DNA of 60,343 nucleotides from a virus. Its lineage: Duplodnaviria; Caudoviricetes. The translations under genes were made by a program, and so were the position numbers. Numbering within the stretch: position 1 is the stretch's first letter; each line of letters starts with the position of its first letter. The notes below the pieces were generated by a model. That model did no database searches. It saw nothing but the letters and a program-made list of their open reading frames with translations, and was not told the origin of the DNA. This document shows, one piece after another, positions 9,446-18,354 of the stretch. The stretch is from positions 1-60,343 of the IMG/VR virus record IMGVR_UViG_3300027813_000013. One strand, 5' to 3'.

Positions 9446-11128
9446 TCAATCTACAAATTTTTCATCATCTTCTAAAACAGAAAAAAGAATATCATTTACT
9501 TTATCTTTAATATCATTCTCTTTTTTCGCTGATTCAAACTTTTCTTCAATTTTCTTATCAATATTTTCATTGATATTTTGTTTATTGTTTGTATCTATTT
9601 CTACAGAATTGAACTGCATATCTTCTTCTCCCGAAAATCTAGGATCATCCATCTCTTTTTGAATTTGTTCATCATTAGTTTTAACTTCATCATCAGTCAT
9701 CATTAAAATATGCTTTCTAATATATTCATGCGACCAATATTTTCCAGCATAATCTTGTAAATCTCTTAAAATGTTTAATCTATCTTGCATAAGTTCACTC
9801 TGTTTTATTTCTGCAAAATGACTATCATTTTCAAATTCATAAAATATTTCATTTTTAATATTTTTCCAATCGTCTTTAGACATTATGCCCTTGAGGGTTA
9901 ATTGTCTTTCCATCATTTCATCAAACATTAAACTAAATCTGCTTTGAAGTTTATTAACAAAACGTGTAAATTTAACTTCATCTCTTGAAATTTCAGTAGC
10001 ACGACCAATCGTATAATTTGCTTCTGATTCAAGTCTTGAAATAGGAACACCTAAAGATTTGTAAAGTTTTTTCTGAAAATATAATACATCTTCAATATCT
10101 CCAAGATTTGCACCACCAGGCAAAGTAGTAATTTCTGTTCCTCTTCCACCCTCTCTTCGTGGCATCCAATAATCTTCAAGCATTGACATGTGTTTTCTAT
10201 CATCTCTAACTTCACCTGTTTGAGCATCATATACAAGTTTGTTTTTATATCTTGCCATTAAGTCACGCATGTATTGTTCTGCTTTTAACTTAGGTAAATT
10301 TCCAACATCAACATAAAAAATTCTTCTCTCTGGGGCTCGTGAAATACGATAAATTACGAGAGAATCCTCGATCATTCTTAATTGATTTAATGGTTTGATT
10401 GCTTTGTGTAGGTAGGACAAAACTAATGTACGTGTACTGTTCATCAGTCCTGAATGTGTATATACAATCGCATCAGGAGATATTTTTAAACCAGTGGCGG
10501 CACTTGTAAAAGCAGTACCCATTGTCTGCCCCTGTGATTGATATATTCCTTTTTGATTATAAACATAATATTCCGTGACGGTGGTTTTTGTTTTACCGTC
10601 AGGCTGTCTGTCGTTTTTCTTTTCTCGAATTTTCTTTATTTTTCTAGGATCTAATACTCTTAATTCATGAATACCTTTTTCCATATTGTTTTCATCAACA
10701 ATAACATGATAATAAATTCTACCATCAATATACCATCTTTTAAAAACATCATGTCCTAAATTTTGTAGATCTAAAAGTTTACTTATTTGTTTAAATTCTA
10801 GTCTTATTTTGTCTCTAATAGGCTCAGAAACATTTAAATTATCTACATTAATTCTTACGAGGGGTTTTTCTTTTGAGGCTACAATTGCTTCATTAATAAT
10901 ATCATCAATAGCATTTTCTACTTCTGCTTGAAGACCCATATCACGATATCTGTTTATTAATTCAGATTCGCTTTTTATAGCTCCTTCTGTATCGACATAT
11001 GTTCCATAAGCACCACCAGATGCTACTGTTAATGAACCATCTTCATATTCTGGTTCAGCAAAGGTTTGGGCTTTTACGTTTTTCTTTTCTTTTTTTCCGA
11101 TTGAAAAACCGAACAGTTCAATAGGCAT
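9446..11128 (-). CDS. gp20: Portal vertex protein
   Basis: T4 gp20 motifs: WYIDGRIYYH, SYLHKAIKPLNQLRMIEDSLVIYRISRAPERRIFYVDVGNLPK, EDYWMPRREGGRGTEITTLPGG. Confidence 0.98.
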   Translation of the reverse strand: MPIELFGFSIGKKEKKNVKAQTFAEPEYEDGSLTVASGGAYGTYVDTEGAIKSESELINRYRDMGLQAEVENAIDDIINEAIVASKEKPLVRINVDNLNVSEPIRDKIRLEFKQISKLLDLQNLGHDVFKRWYIDGRIYYHVIVDENNMEKGIHELRVLDPRKIKKIREKKNDRQPDGKTKTTVTEYYVYNQKGIYQSQGQTMGTAFTSAATGLKISPDAIVYTHSGLMNSTRTLVLSYLHKAIKPLNQLRMIEDSLVIYRISRAPERRIFYVDVGNLPKLKAEQYMRDLMARYKNKLVYDAQTGEVRDDRKHMSMLEDYWMPRREGGRGTEITTLPGGANLGDIEDVLYFQKKLYKSLGVPISRLESEANYTIGRATEISRDEVKFTRFVNKLQSRFSLMFDEMMERQLTLKGIMSKDDWKNIKNEIFYEFENDSHFAEIKQSELMQDRLNILRDLQDYAGKYWSHEYIRKHILMMTDDEVKTNDEQIQKEMDDPRFSGEEDMQFNSVEIDTNNKQNINENIDKKIEEKFESAKKENDIKDKVNDILFSVLEDDEKFVD

Positions 11129-11131
11129 AAT

Positions 11132-11203
11132 ATTTCCTGAATGCGAGTTAAATAAAATAATACAATACTAATTTATATTTATTCACTCGCAAAATCAGAA
11201 AAT
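11132..11203 (-). promoter_or_regulatory. Long hairpin covering the gp20 RBS, with a late promoter ATAAATA (11176-11182) in its 5' arm
   Basis: Minus strand ATTTTCTGA..GCGAGT...ACTCGC..TCAGGAAAT pairs. The AGGA RBS lies in the 3' arm, 6 nt before the ATG. Confidence 0.65.
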
Positions 11204-11218
11204 TGAGATTAAGGCGCT

Positions 11219-11821
11219 TTATGTTGCAGAGCCTACAGTGATGGCTTTCGCACCTGTACCTTTTCCAGTACCTTTGGTGGTTGCGACCCGGGTCCAATAA
11301 TCATAAGCAAAAGTTACAGTATATTCTTCAATGGTATCATTATCGCCCCAATCAAGGGTAATTTCTGAAAGATCAGTTGGAAACATATTTATAAATGAAT
11401 AGCTTGCAGACTTTTTCTGACCCGCTCCTTTGCTGAATTGGTCAACTGTTCCTGTTGAAGTATACGAGAGTGATGGTGTTCCAGAAGCCTGAGTTGCCCG
11501 TATATTGCCCGAATGAGAATTTATATGGTCCATCCACTGTTCAAATTGTGATCTTATAGTAAAATTCTCATCATTAAGAACCGTTATAGTCCATTCTGGA
11601 AAAGTTCTATTTCCAGCTAACTTAACTTCTCTACCAAAATAAGGAACTATAACTGTTCCAATTGTGGCGCCAGGTATTGATGTTCCTTTAGCAAACAATT
11701 TCAAGTCAGTACCATTAAAGGCAGTCCCTGTAAGTACATTAGTAAGTGTTACCTCAAATAAATTTGCTCTTTGTCCATCATAGTGCATCCCATCTCTGAA
11801 GGCTGTTATATTAAATGCCAT
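11219..11821 (-). CDS. gp19: Tail tube protein
   Basis: RANLFEV, IPGATIG..VPYFGREVKLAGNRTFPEWTITVLNDENF, FPTDLSEITLDW..DTIEEYTVTFAYDYW. Follows gp18. Confidence 0.97.
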   Translation of the reverse strand: MAFNITAFRDGMHYDGQRANLFEVTLTNVLTGTAFNGTDLKLFAKGTSIPGATIGTVIVPYFGREVKLAGNRTFPEWTITVLNDENFTIRSQFEQWMDHINSHSGNIRATQASGTPSLSYTSTGTVDQFSKGAGQKKSASYSFINMFPTDLSEITLDWGDNDTIEEYTVTFAYDYWTRVATTKGTGKGTGAKAITVGSAT

Positions 11822-11832
11822 TTATTTTCTCC

Positions 11833-14151
11833 TTAAATTGCGTTAACCACTTCAGAAAATTCAACTCCTGAAGCTACTGCGACAAAGTTTAATCCAATGA
11901 AATTAATTGATTTAGTGGGCTTGATAAAAATATCGCCTCTAAACTCATTTCTATTTATAACCACAGGTGTATTATTTGTGCCGTCACAAATTACTTTAAA
12001 ATCTTCTATTCCCCTTCGTCCTTGAATATCTCTTAAAAAGGGTTCAACCATAGAAACAAAATTTAATCGTGTAAAATCATCATTAAATTCAAACAATAAA
12101 TTTTCAGCGGCATTTGCTATGGCTTTTTCTAGAATAATAAAAAGTCTACGCACATTAATTCTATCAAAAGATGATGGTCTTGCTAACAATGTTTTATCGC
12201 CAAATAAAACTTTGCCTTTTCCAGGAAATGATGCTATTGGATTAATTCCATTTGTATACAAATCATCTCTTTCTGCGTTATTTGGGACATATGCTAAAAA
12301 TTCTGCACCTTTTATATTTCCTCTTGTAAATCCCGCAGGTGAAACATAGGGATTAACATTATCTGCTTGGGCACAGATTCCAGCAACATCAGCATTCATT
12401 GGAATCCACCTATACATAGAATTGTATCTGTCAAATATGTATTTGTAACTTCCATCCATAACAGCATAACTTGTACTTGGCATTGCATTTCTTCTAGCAA
12501 CTACGTTTGTTATTTCAGATCCTTCTTTGTTAACAACATCTGCTTCTTCAGGAGAAATAAATACAACACAATCTTTTCTAGACTCTGCAATTTCATTGAT
12601 CAAATATGTGCATAAAGTATTTGATGCTTCGCCTGAAATTAATAAAGAAACATCTATTTTTGCAGGATCTTTGAAATAACTATAAGCAGTAATTTCATCT
12701 GAAGCTGAAGAACTATATCCATCGGCTCCTGAGGAAAAACTAGCAGTCATAATTCCATTTGCACCCGAATCACTAAACGCTCCTGCAAAATAAGCTGAAG
12801 TGTTTCCTTGATCAAGAGTGTCTCCCCAATCATGAGTAATTTTATTGGATCCAGCATCAAGAGGCGCATCTCCCATAGCATCATGGTCCGTCCATCTTAC
12901 ATATCTGGAAGAATCATTTATTGCTTCTTTATAATAGATAATTTCACCAGTAGATCCTGTCGCTCCGCTTGCTACAGACAATCCTTCCCAATTTCCAATG
13001 ACTTGCTTTTCTGGATTATTTCCTCCTCTAGAATCTTTTACTCCTAAAATCTCACCATCTTCATCTACTATTACGACATGAATTTCATCTCCAACATCTT
13101 TAGATCCAGTTTTTTCATAAGCATGAACACTGGTAAGAGGAGGACGTGAGCCAAAAGTACTTCTGTATTCCCATTCTCTTGACCAGTCAGCCTGTGTGGT
13201 TACCGCTCTATCTAATTTAGTTGCAACAGTCAATGATGTTGAATTTGCAATGGCTGTCACTCTTCTTTTATGGGCTGTAGGCGAATCATCATCTTTGAAC
13301 GTAAGAATGTCTCCCACATGTATTTGTCGAGTAAAGTTAGTATGTGTTCCCGTAATTGTTGAACTTCCTGCTACAACAGTAAGTGTACCCAGCATATTGG
13401 TGTTGGCTTCTTCAAAAGCAGACCTTTTTTTCCTTGAAAGACTCGCACCTGTCATAGCCACATCATCTCCCAGTCCAGTAGTTTCTGTTCCGCCTGTAGC
13501 TTGTGAAATTGTTATTGCAGTATTAGAAGTAATTGAAGTTACTATTCCACTATTAGCACCATGAACAATTACATCTCCAATTCTTAATTCTACATCTGCT
13601 ACTGTACTAACTCCTGTGAGTCCTGTTGTAGCATCAGAATTGGTCCATGTTCCTGTAAGGCCCAAATCAGTAGAACTTGAAAGTGAAACAGTACCATCAG
13701 TCTGGTTAACTTGTGTATTTGCTCTATCTGCAACACAAATGGACATTCTCATTGAATTTCCGAGTACTCCTGGATATTTTGCTGTAAAACTTGTTCCTGA
13801 AGTTGTTGTAGATTCGTATGTATTTTGATATTCTTTATTATTACGAATTAAAATTGCGGCACCACCAGTTACTGCATTTTTAGCAACCGATGTATTAGCG
13901 GCTCTAACAACTCTTAGTTTATTTGAATAACTCAAAAAACTTGTAGCACTAAAAAATGTTTTGTATGTATTGGCGTTCGGTTTTCCGAACACAGCAACCA
14001 TCTCTTCTTCTGAAGTAACTAATGTAGCAACCTCCAAGGGTCCCCATGTTAAATTCCCTGCTATAGCACCATCTGAAATAGAAGGAATGGGTACTCTAGT
14101 GGTTAAATCGATCTCTGCTACGGCTACGCCTGGACTAACTTGAAATGCCAT
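11833..14151 (-). CDS. gp18: Tail sheath protein
   Basis: MAFQVSPGV..EIDLT, SPAGFTRG, LFGDKT..SSFDRINVRRLF, IFIKPTKSINFI. Confidence 0.98.
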   Translation of the reverse strand: MAFQVSPGVAVAEIDLTTRVPIPSISDGAIAGNLTWGPLEVATLVTSEEEMVAVFGKPNANTYKTFFSATSFLSYSNKLRVVRAANTSVAKNAVTGGAAILIRNNKEYQNTYESTTTSGTSFTAKYPGVLGNSMRMSICVADRANTQVNQTDGTVSLSSSTDLGLTGTWTNSDATTGLTGVSTVADVELRIGDVIVHGANSGIVTSITSNTAITISQATGGTETTGLGDDVAMTGASLSRKKRSAFEEANTNMLGTLTVVAGSSTITGTHTNFTRQIHVGDILTFKDDDSPTAHKRRVTAIANSTSLTVATKLDRAVTTQADWSREWEYRSTFGSRPPLTSVHAYEKTGSKDVGDEIHVVIVDEDGEILGVKDSRGGNNPEKQVIGNWEGLSVASGATGSTGEIIYYKEAINDSSRYVRWTDHDAMGDAPLDAGSNKITHDWGDTLDQGNTSAYFAGAFSDSGANGIMTASFSSGADGYSSSASDEITAYSYFKDPAKIDVSLLISGEASNTLCTYLINEIAESRKDCVVFISPEEADVVNKEGSEITNVVARRNAMPSTSYAVMDGSYKYIFDRYNSMYRWIPMNADVAGICAQADNVNPYVSPAGFTRGNIKGAEFLAYVPNNAERDDLYTNGINPIASFPGKGKVLFGDKTLLARPSSFDRINVRRLFIILEKAIANAAENLLFEFNDDFTRLNFVSMVEPFLRDIQGRRGIEDFKVICDGTNNTPVVINRNEFRGDIFIKPTKSINFIGLNFVAVASGVEFSEVVNAI

Positions 14152-14190
14152 ATTATTTCTCCCTAAATTATTAAAAAATTGCTTTCAATA

Positions 14191-14198
14191 TATTTATA
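14191..14198 (-). promoter_or_regulatory. T4-type late promoter for gp18-gp19
   Basis: Exact TATAAATA on the minus strand in the intergenic region about 40 nt upstream of gp18. gp33 is present in the window. Confidence 0.8.
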
Positions 14199-14235
14199 TT
14201 TTAGCTGATTTTAGAAATGTTTTTATTTAGTCTAA

Positions 14236-14243
14236 TATAAATA
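14236..14243 (+). promoter_or_regulatory. Late promoter for the HNH-like gene
   Basis: Exact TATAAATA, 4 nt before the ATG at 14248. Confidence 0.7.
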
Positions 14244-14247
14244 AAAC

Positions 14248-14670
14248 ATGGAGAAGGCAAAAATAAGATTTGAAAAAAAAATTATAATGACAAATAACTG
14301 TTGGTTTTGGGCCGCAAGTAAAACAAAACAGGGTTATGGCATGTTTTCGTATGATGGAAAATCGATTCCTGCTCATAGGTTTGCCTATATTGCTTATAAG
14401 GGACCCATTGAACAAGATAAAATAGTTCATCAATCATGCAATAACACATACTGCGTAAATCCAGAACATCTGTATTTAACCACAAAAAGTGAAACGAGAA
14501 ACAAGTTTTATGAATTAAGAATTAATCCTGAAATGATATTTGGTGAATCTGTGAGGTATTTGGATAAATTGAAAAAATTGAGACCCGATTTAAAACATGA
14601 TATAGAGGAATTAATAGGTCAAATAAAAAATCCCAAAAACATTTATCGCATTAATGTAGATAATCAGTAG
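14248..14670 (+). CDS. Zn-binding HNH-family (homing endonuclease-like) protein, probably degenerate active site
   Basis: CWFW....GYG......AHRFAY...GPI....VHQSCNNTYCVNPEHL matches the HNH_3-type motif. Confidence 0.8.
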   Translation: MEKAKIRFEKKIIMTNNCWFWAASKTKQGYGMFSYDGKSIPAHRFAYIAYKGPIEQDKIVHQSCNNTYCVNPEHLYLTTKSETRNKFYELRINPEMIFGESVRYLDKLKKLRPDLKHDIEELIGQIKNPKNIYRINVDNQ

Positions 14671-16300
14671 AGTACTTTGTGTCTACTACCCATTTTTCAC
14701 CACCCATATCAACAGTTTCTGGTTCATAAGAATTTCTACCATCATTTATAAATCCAAAAGGAATCAATTGTGATTCTGCGTCATCTACTTGGTCTTTAAA
14801 CATTTTTTCACGCAAATCTAAGTCTGTAACTTCTGTAAAATATTTTTGATTCACCAACCAACCAAACAAAATTAAAGTCATCATCAGGTCATCATGATAT
14901 CCTTCATCTGCTTCGTAACTAGATCCTTTGGCAATAAATGTTGTCATTTCAGTAATAGTATCAAGATCCCAAATAAGTAATTTATCTCCTTCTACCAAAT
15001 CTTTTAAACTAGAGCATCCTTTTCTTTTAACTTCTTTTGTAGTTCTAATTCCTAATTGCGAAGTTTTTCCAAATCCTCCACCCAAAGTTTGACCAGATCT
15101 TCCCATAACACTTGTCTGAAAAATATTAGGATATTCTAAATCATAATGTAAAATATCTGCTACTTGACCACCGATATCATTTATTTCAACCAAAACATAT
15201 GCATGATTATAATATTTGCTTACATTATCAACAACATTTGGCAATAACATAGGAGAAATATTTGGATCTCTATATTTTGCAACTTGTTCATATGGAAACT
15301 GAGAAACATCAATTATTGAAAATGCAGAATAATCTTGACCTCTTCCCCTTGCAACATCAACTATACAAACATATGAGTGCTTAGGATCTGGTTCAACATA
15401 TACATCTAGGCAATCTTTCTGTATGACAGGTGGCTTATAAGGCATTGTCCTTAATTTTGAAGGAGCAATTAATGTATTTTGTGAACCAATAAAATCACAT
15501 TCATATTCTTGAGCAAATTGCATTTCACTCGTATTTTTTATCGTTTCTTCTTTCCATTTTGCATCTCTTCCTGGTGTCTGAGACCAATGAACCTCAATGG
15601 GAATATAATTACTTCTTTTCTCTTCAGCATCGATCCACATCTTATAAAACATGTTCAATCCTTTTGGAGTTGATACAATAAAAACTTTAGTAGTATTACC
15701 AGAAGAAATTGTAGGATATACTGAAGTAAAAAACTCTTCTGCTAACCTAGGAGGATCAATATGGGCAAACTCATCCATAAAAATGATATTAAAAGACGAT
15801 CCACGAACAGCAGAAGAAGAAGTTGAAGCAGATATAACTTTACTACCATTTTCTAATTCAATATTACCCCTATTCCAAACAACTACGCCTTGTTGTAACC
15901 ATTTTGGTAAATGTTCATAAGCAACTTTTAGTCTTTGAAGAATTTCTCTTGAAGTAGAGCCCTTATTTGCTAATATAGCAATATTAGATTGTGGATTAAA
16001 AAGAGCAAAATGTAATAAGTAAGCAACAATGGTTGTTGATTTTCCAGTTTGTCTAGGCATTTTACAAATAACAAAACGGTTCTCATGCATTGTCTGAACC
16101 ATTTCTTCTTGATAATCATAAAGATCAAAGGGCATTAATCCATGATCAACATGAATAATCTTCATATAGTTTTTTGCAAAATGTACAGGATCTTTAGAAC
16201 ACCTAAGATACTCATCTAAAGTATCTTTATCATATTCTATTGGAATATATGCCGCTTTAAGTAGAGGATTTCCTGCATAATTTTGTATACGTTCTGCCAT
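14651..16300 (-). CDS. gp17: Terminase large subunit
   Basis: Walker A MPRQTGKST, Walker B IIFMDEFAH, IVSTPKG, nuclease DVARGRGQDYS, HDDLMM. Confidence 0.98.
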   Translation of the reverse strand: MAERIQNYAGNPLLKAAYIPIEYDKDTLDEYLRCSKDPVHFAKNYMKIIHVDHGLMPFDLYDYQEEMVQTMHENRFVICKMPRQTGKSTTIVAYLLHFALFNPQSNIAILANKGSTSREILQRLKVAYEHLPKWLQQGVVVWNRGNIELENGSKVISASTSSSAVRGSSFNIIFMDEFAHIDPPRLAEEFFTSVYPTISSGNTTKVFIVSTPKGLNMFYKMWIDAEEKRSNYIPIEVHWSQTPGRDAKWKEETIKNTSEMQFAQEYECDFIGSQNTLIAPSKLRTMPYKPPVIQKDCLDVYVEPDPKHSYVCIVDVARGRGQDYSAFSIIDVSQFPYEQVAKYRDPNISPMLLPNVVDNVSKYYNHAYVLVEINDIGGQVADILHYDLEYPNIFQTSVMGRSGQTLGGGFGKTSQLGIRTTKEVKRKGCSSLKDLVEGDKLLIWDLDTITEMTTFIAKGSSYEADEGYHDDLMMTLILFGWLVNQKYFTEVTDLDLREKMFKDQVDDAESQLIPFGFINDGRNSYEPETVDMGGEKWVVDTKYSTDYLH

Positions 16301-17721
16301 TATTTCAACTCGTAATTTACTAAACCTTGTTTTGCAGTAAAATCTGTAGCGCCTGACATTGATCCTAATATTTTTAATTTAGCAGATTTAGGAGAAACCA
16401 TTTTTATATCAATAATACCTTTTCTCCATTTAGATTTACTTAAATTTGCTTGATAAAAATCTTTACCACCAATTATTTCGTGAACATACTTTCTTGATAA
16501 ACGATCATTATTTAATACACTCGCCACAGAATAATTAAAAAAAGAAGTAATTGTAAAAGGATAATTATTTCTTATTGTTTGTATAACTTGTTCTCTTCCA
16601 TCAAAAGTTTTTTTCTTTATAAAATAATCTTCTATTGCTCCTATTACTTCATCAAGTTCTTTATTTTCTTTTGAAGAAAGTTCTTGATTCATTGCAACTT
16701 TTCGGATACTATCATAAAGAGAATGATTTGAATTTTTTACAATTGTTTTTTTTATTTTTAATACTGATCTTAATCCAACTTCAAATGTTATATTTTTTGA
16801 ATATTTAAATCTATTCGCTCCTACTTGTTGTGATGTATACCCCATATTAGATGCAATTCGACACATTTTTTTTAAAAAACAATCTCTATACTCAGTATAA
16901 TATTTCATTCCATAAGGAAGAACATTCGACATAAATGATGCGGCGGCCCCTTTATCATATTTACTTGATACACTAACAGTAGTCGTATCAAATGTCAAAC
17001 TACTATCAACAAGTTTAAATGCGGGATCAGTTGGAATACTAAAAGATTTTAAATTTATACCAAACATATTAGAAGGAGTACATGTGTTTGATAATTGATT
17101 TTTGAATGCTAATATTCCTATCAAAATTTCACCAAAATATACACCAAGCTCATCAATATGACTATCATCAATACCATTCAAATCAATTTCAGACAAATCA
17201 TCTTTATCCAAATATGTTTTTATTTTTTCTATAAGATAATCATTATCATGTATTTTATTATCTAATCCCCAAATAACGCTTTTTTTTAAATCTTCATAAG
17301 TCTCAAATAGTTTTACTGGAACATCTTTTTTAGAAAGAACTGTTATTTTTTCATCTTTACCTTTTTCTGTGAAATCTTCTGCTAATATTTGTAATTTTTG
17401 AGGTCTTTCAGCACCAAGATCATCTGTAGGTTTTCTTATTTTTGAAATTAATACATAGCCCTTTTTTCTTTGATACTCAATATTAGCATACTTTTTTTTT
17501 TGAAATTCTTTATATTTCTCTGAAGCTAACTTTATCGGAGTTCTTGGTGGAATATTAATATTCATGCTTTCTAATTCATTATTTTTATCTTCAAACATTT
17601 CAGCAAACTGACCATTTTCTATTCTTATCTTCAATTTATTCCAGTCAGCATTTTCTGTAATGTATCGTGTAAAAACCACATCTCCTGGATTTCTTCTATC
17701 AATTTGCCCTAAATGTGCCAT
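16300..17721 (-). CDS. Hypothetical protein, possible PD-(D/E)XK-like nuclease fold
   Basis: 473 aa, translationally coupled to its neighbours. The pattern YFGEIL...P..PAFKLVD...VSVSSK...GAAAS is reminiscent of restriction-like nucleases. Confidence 0.4.
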   Translation of the reverse strand: MAHLGQIDRRNPGDVVFTRYITENADWNKLKIRIENGQFAEMFEDKNNELESMNINIPPRTPIKLASEKYKEFQKKKYANIEYQRKKGYVLISKIRKPTDDLGAERPQKLQILAEDFTEKGKDEKITVLSKKDVPVKLFETYEDLKKSVIWGLDNKIHDNDYLIEKIKTYLDKDDLSEIDLNGIDDSHIDELGVYFGEILIGILAFKNQLSNTCTPSNMFGINLKSFSIPTDPAFKLVDSSLTFDTTTVSVSSKYDKGAAASFMSNVLPYGMKYYTEYRDCFLKKMCRIASNMGYTSQQVGANRFKYSKNITFEVGLRSVLKIKKTIVKNSNHSLYDSIRKVAMNQELSSKENKELDEVIGAIEDYFIKKKTFDGREQVIQTIRNNYPFTITSFFNYSVASVLNNDRLSRKYVHEIIGGKDFYQANLSKSKWRKGIIDIKMVSPKSAKLKILGSMSGATDFTAKQGLVNYELK

Positions 17722-17945
17722 TATTCTTTTTTATCTTTTTTATATTGAACAATTTTTTTTGCACGTTTTAAATCATCTTTAGAAAGGTTACCATATGGTC
17801 TCTCTAAAGAATCTGGTTGTTTATCTATTTTTCCACCCTTTTGTTTAAACTTATGTAAGGCTAATGCTTTTTTTAATGCATCTTTATTATCTTCATCAAC
17901 TTCTACTTCTTCTATTTCTTTTAAATATTGTTTAAATTTTTTCAT
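17721..17945 (-). CDS. Small charged protein, probable internal head protein
   Basis: N-terminus MKKFKQYLKE resembles the T4 capsid-targeting sequence (MKTYQEFIAE type) ending in a gp21-type L-x-E site. Confidence 0.55.
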   Translation of the reverse strand: MKKFKQYLKEIEEVEVDEDNKDALKKALALHKFKQKGGKIDKQPDSLERPYGNLSKDDLKRAKKIVQYKKDKKE

Positions 17946-18343
17946 TTTTCTTTATCCTTTAACATTTTTTGAAGCTCTGCAGTACTACCTATAAATAATG
18001 CATTTGTTACACTATTAGGACTAGCAGTTGTTTCTTGTGTAATGTCTTTTACTTGCTTATGAACATTTAATAAATTTTGATTTTGTTCACCTACAGTTTT
18101 AATCAATTGACCAACAACTTCAAACATTCTAGCGTTACCACTATCTCTTGCATCTTGTAATAAATCTTCAATAGCATCTTGTCCTCTTTCAATAATATTG
18201 TATATATTTTCACGGGCATACTTATAATCAGTATTCAAATCATTTGTGTTTGATTCAACCATTTTTCTTTCTGGGGGCTTTTTAATAATAGAACTAGCAG
18301 GTATTTCTAATATTTTATCTAATTTATCTTCGAAAGTTTTCAT
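17942..18343 (-). CDS. gp16: Terminase small subunit
   Basis: DYKYARENIYNIIERGQDAIE..ARMFEVVGQLIK..VTNALFIGSTAELQKML. Confidence 0.93.
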   Translation of the reverse strand: MKTFEDKLDKILEIPASSIIKKPPERKMVESNTNDLNTDYKYARENIYNIIERGQDAIEDLLQDARDSGNARMFEVVGQLIKTVGEQNQNLLNVHKQVKDITQETTASPNSVTNALFIGSTAELQKMLKDKEK

Positions 18344-18354
18344 TGTAATTTATA

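Noticed and set aside
14651-16300. Intein or intron in terminase or other core genes
   Set aside because: Lengths are ordinary and motifs are contiguous.
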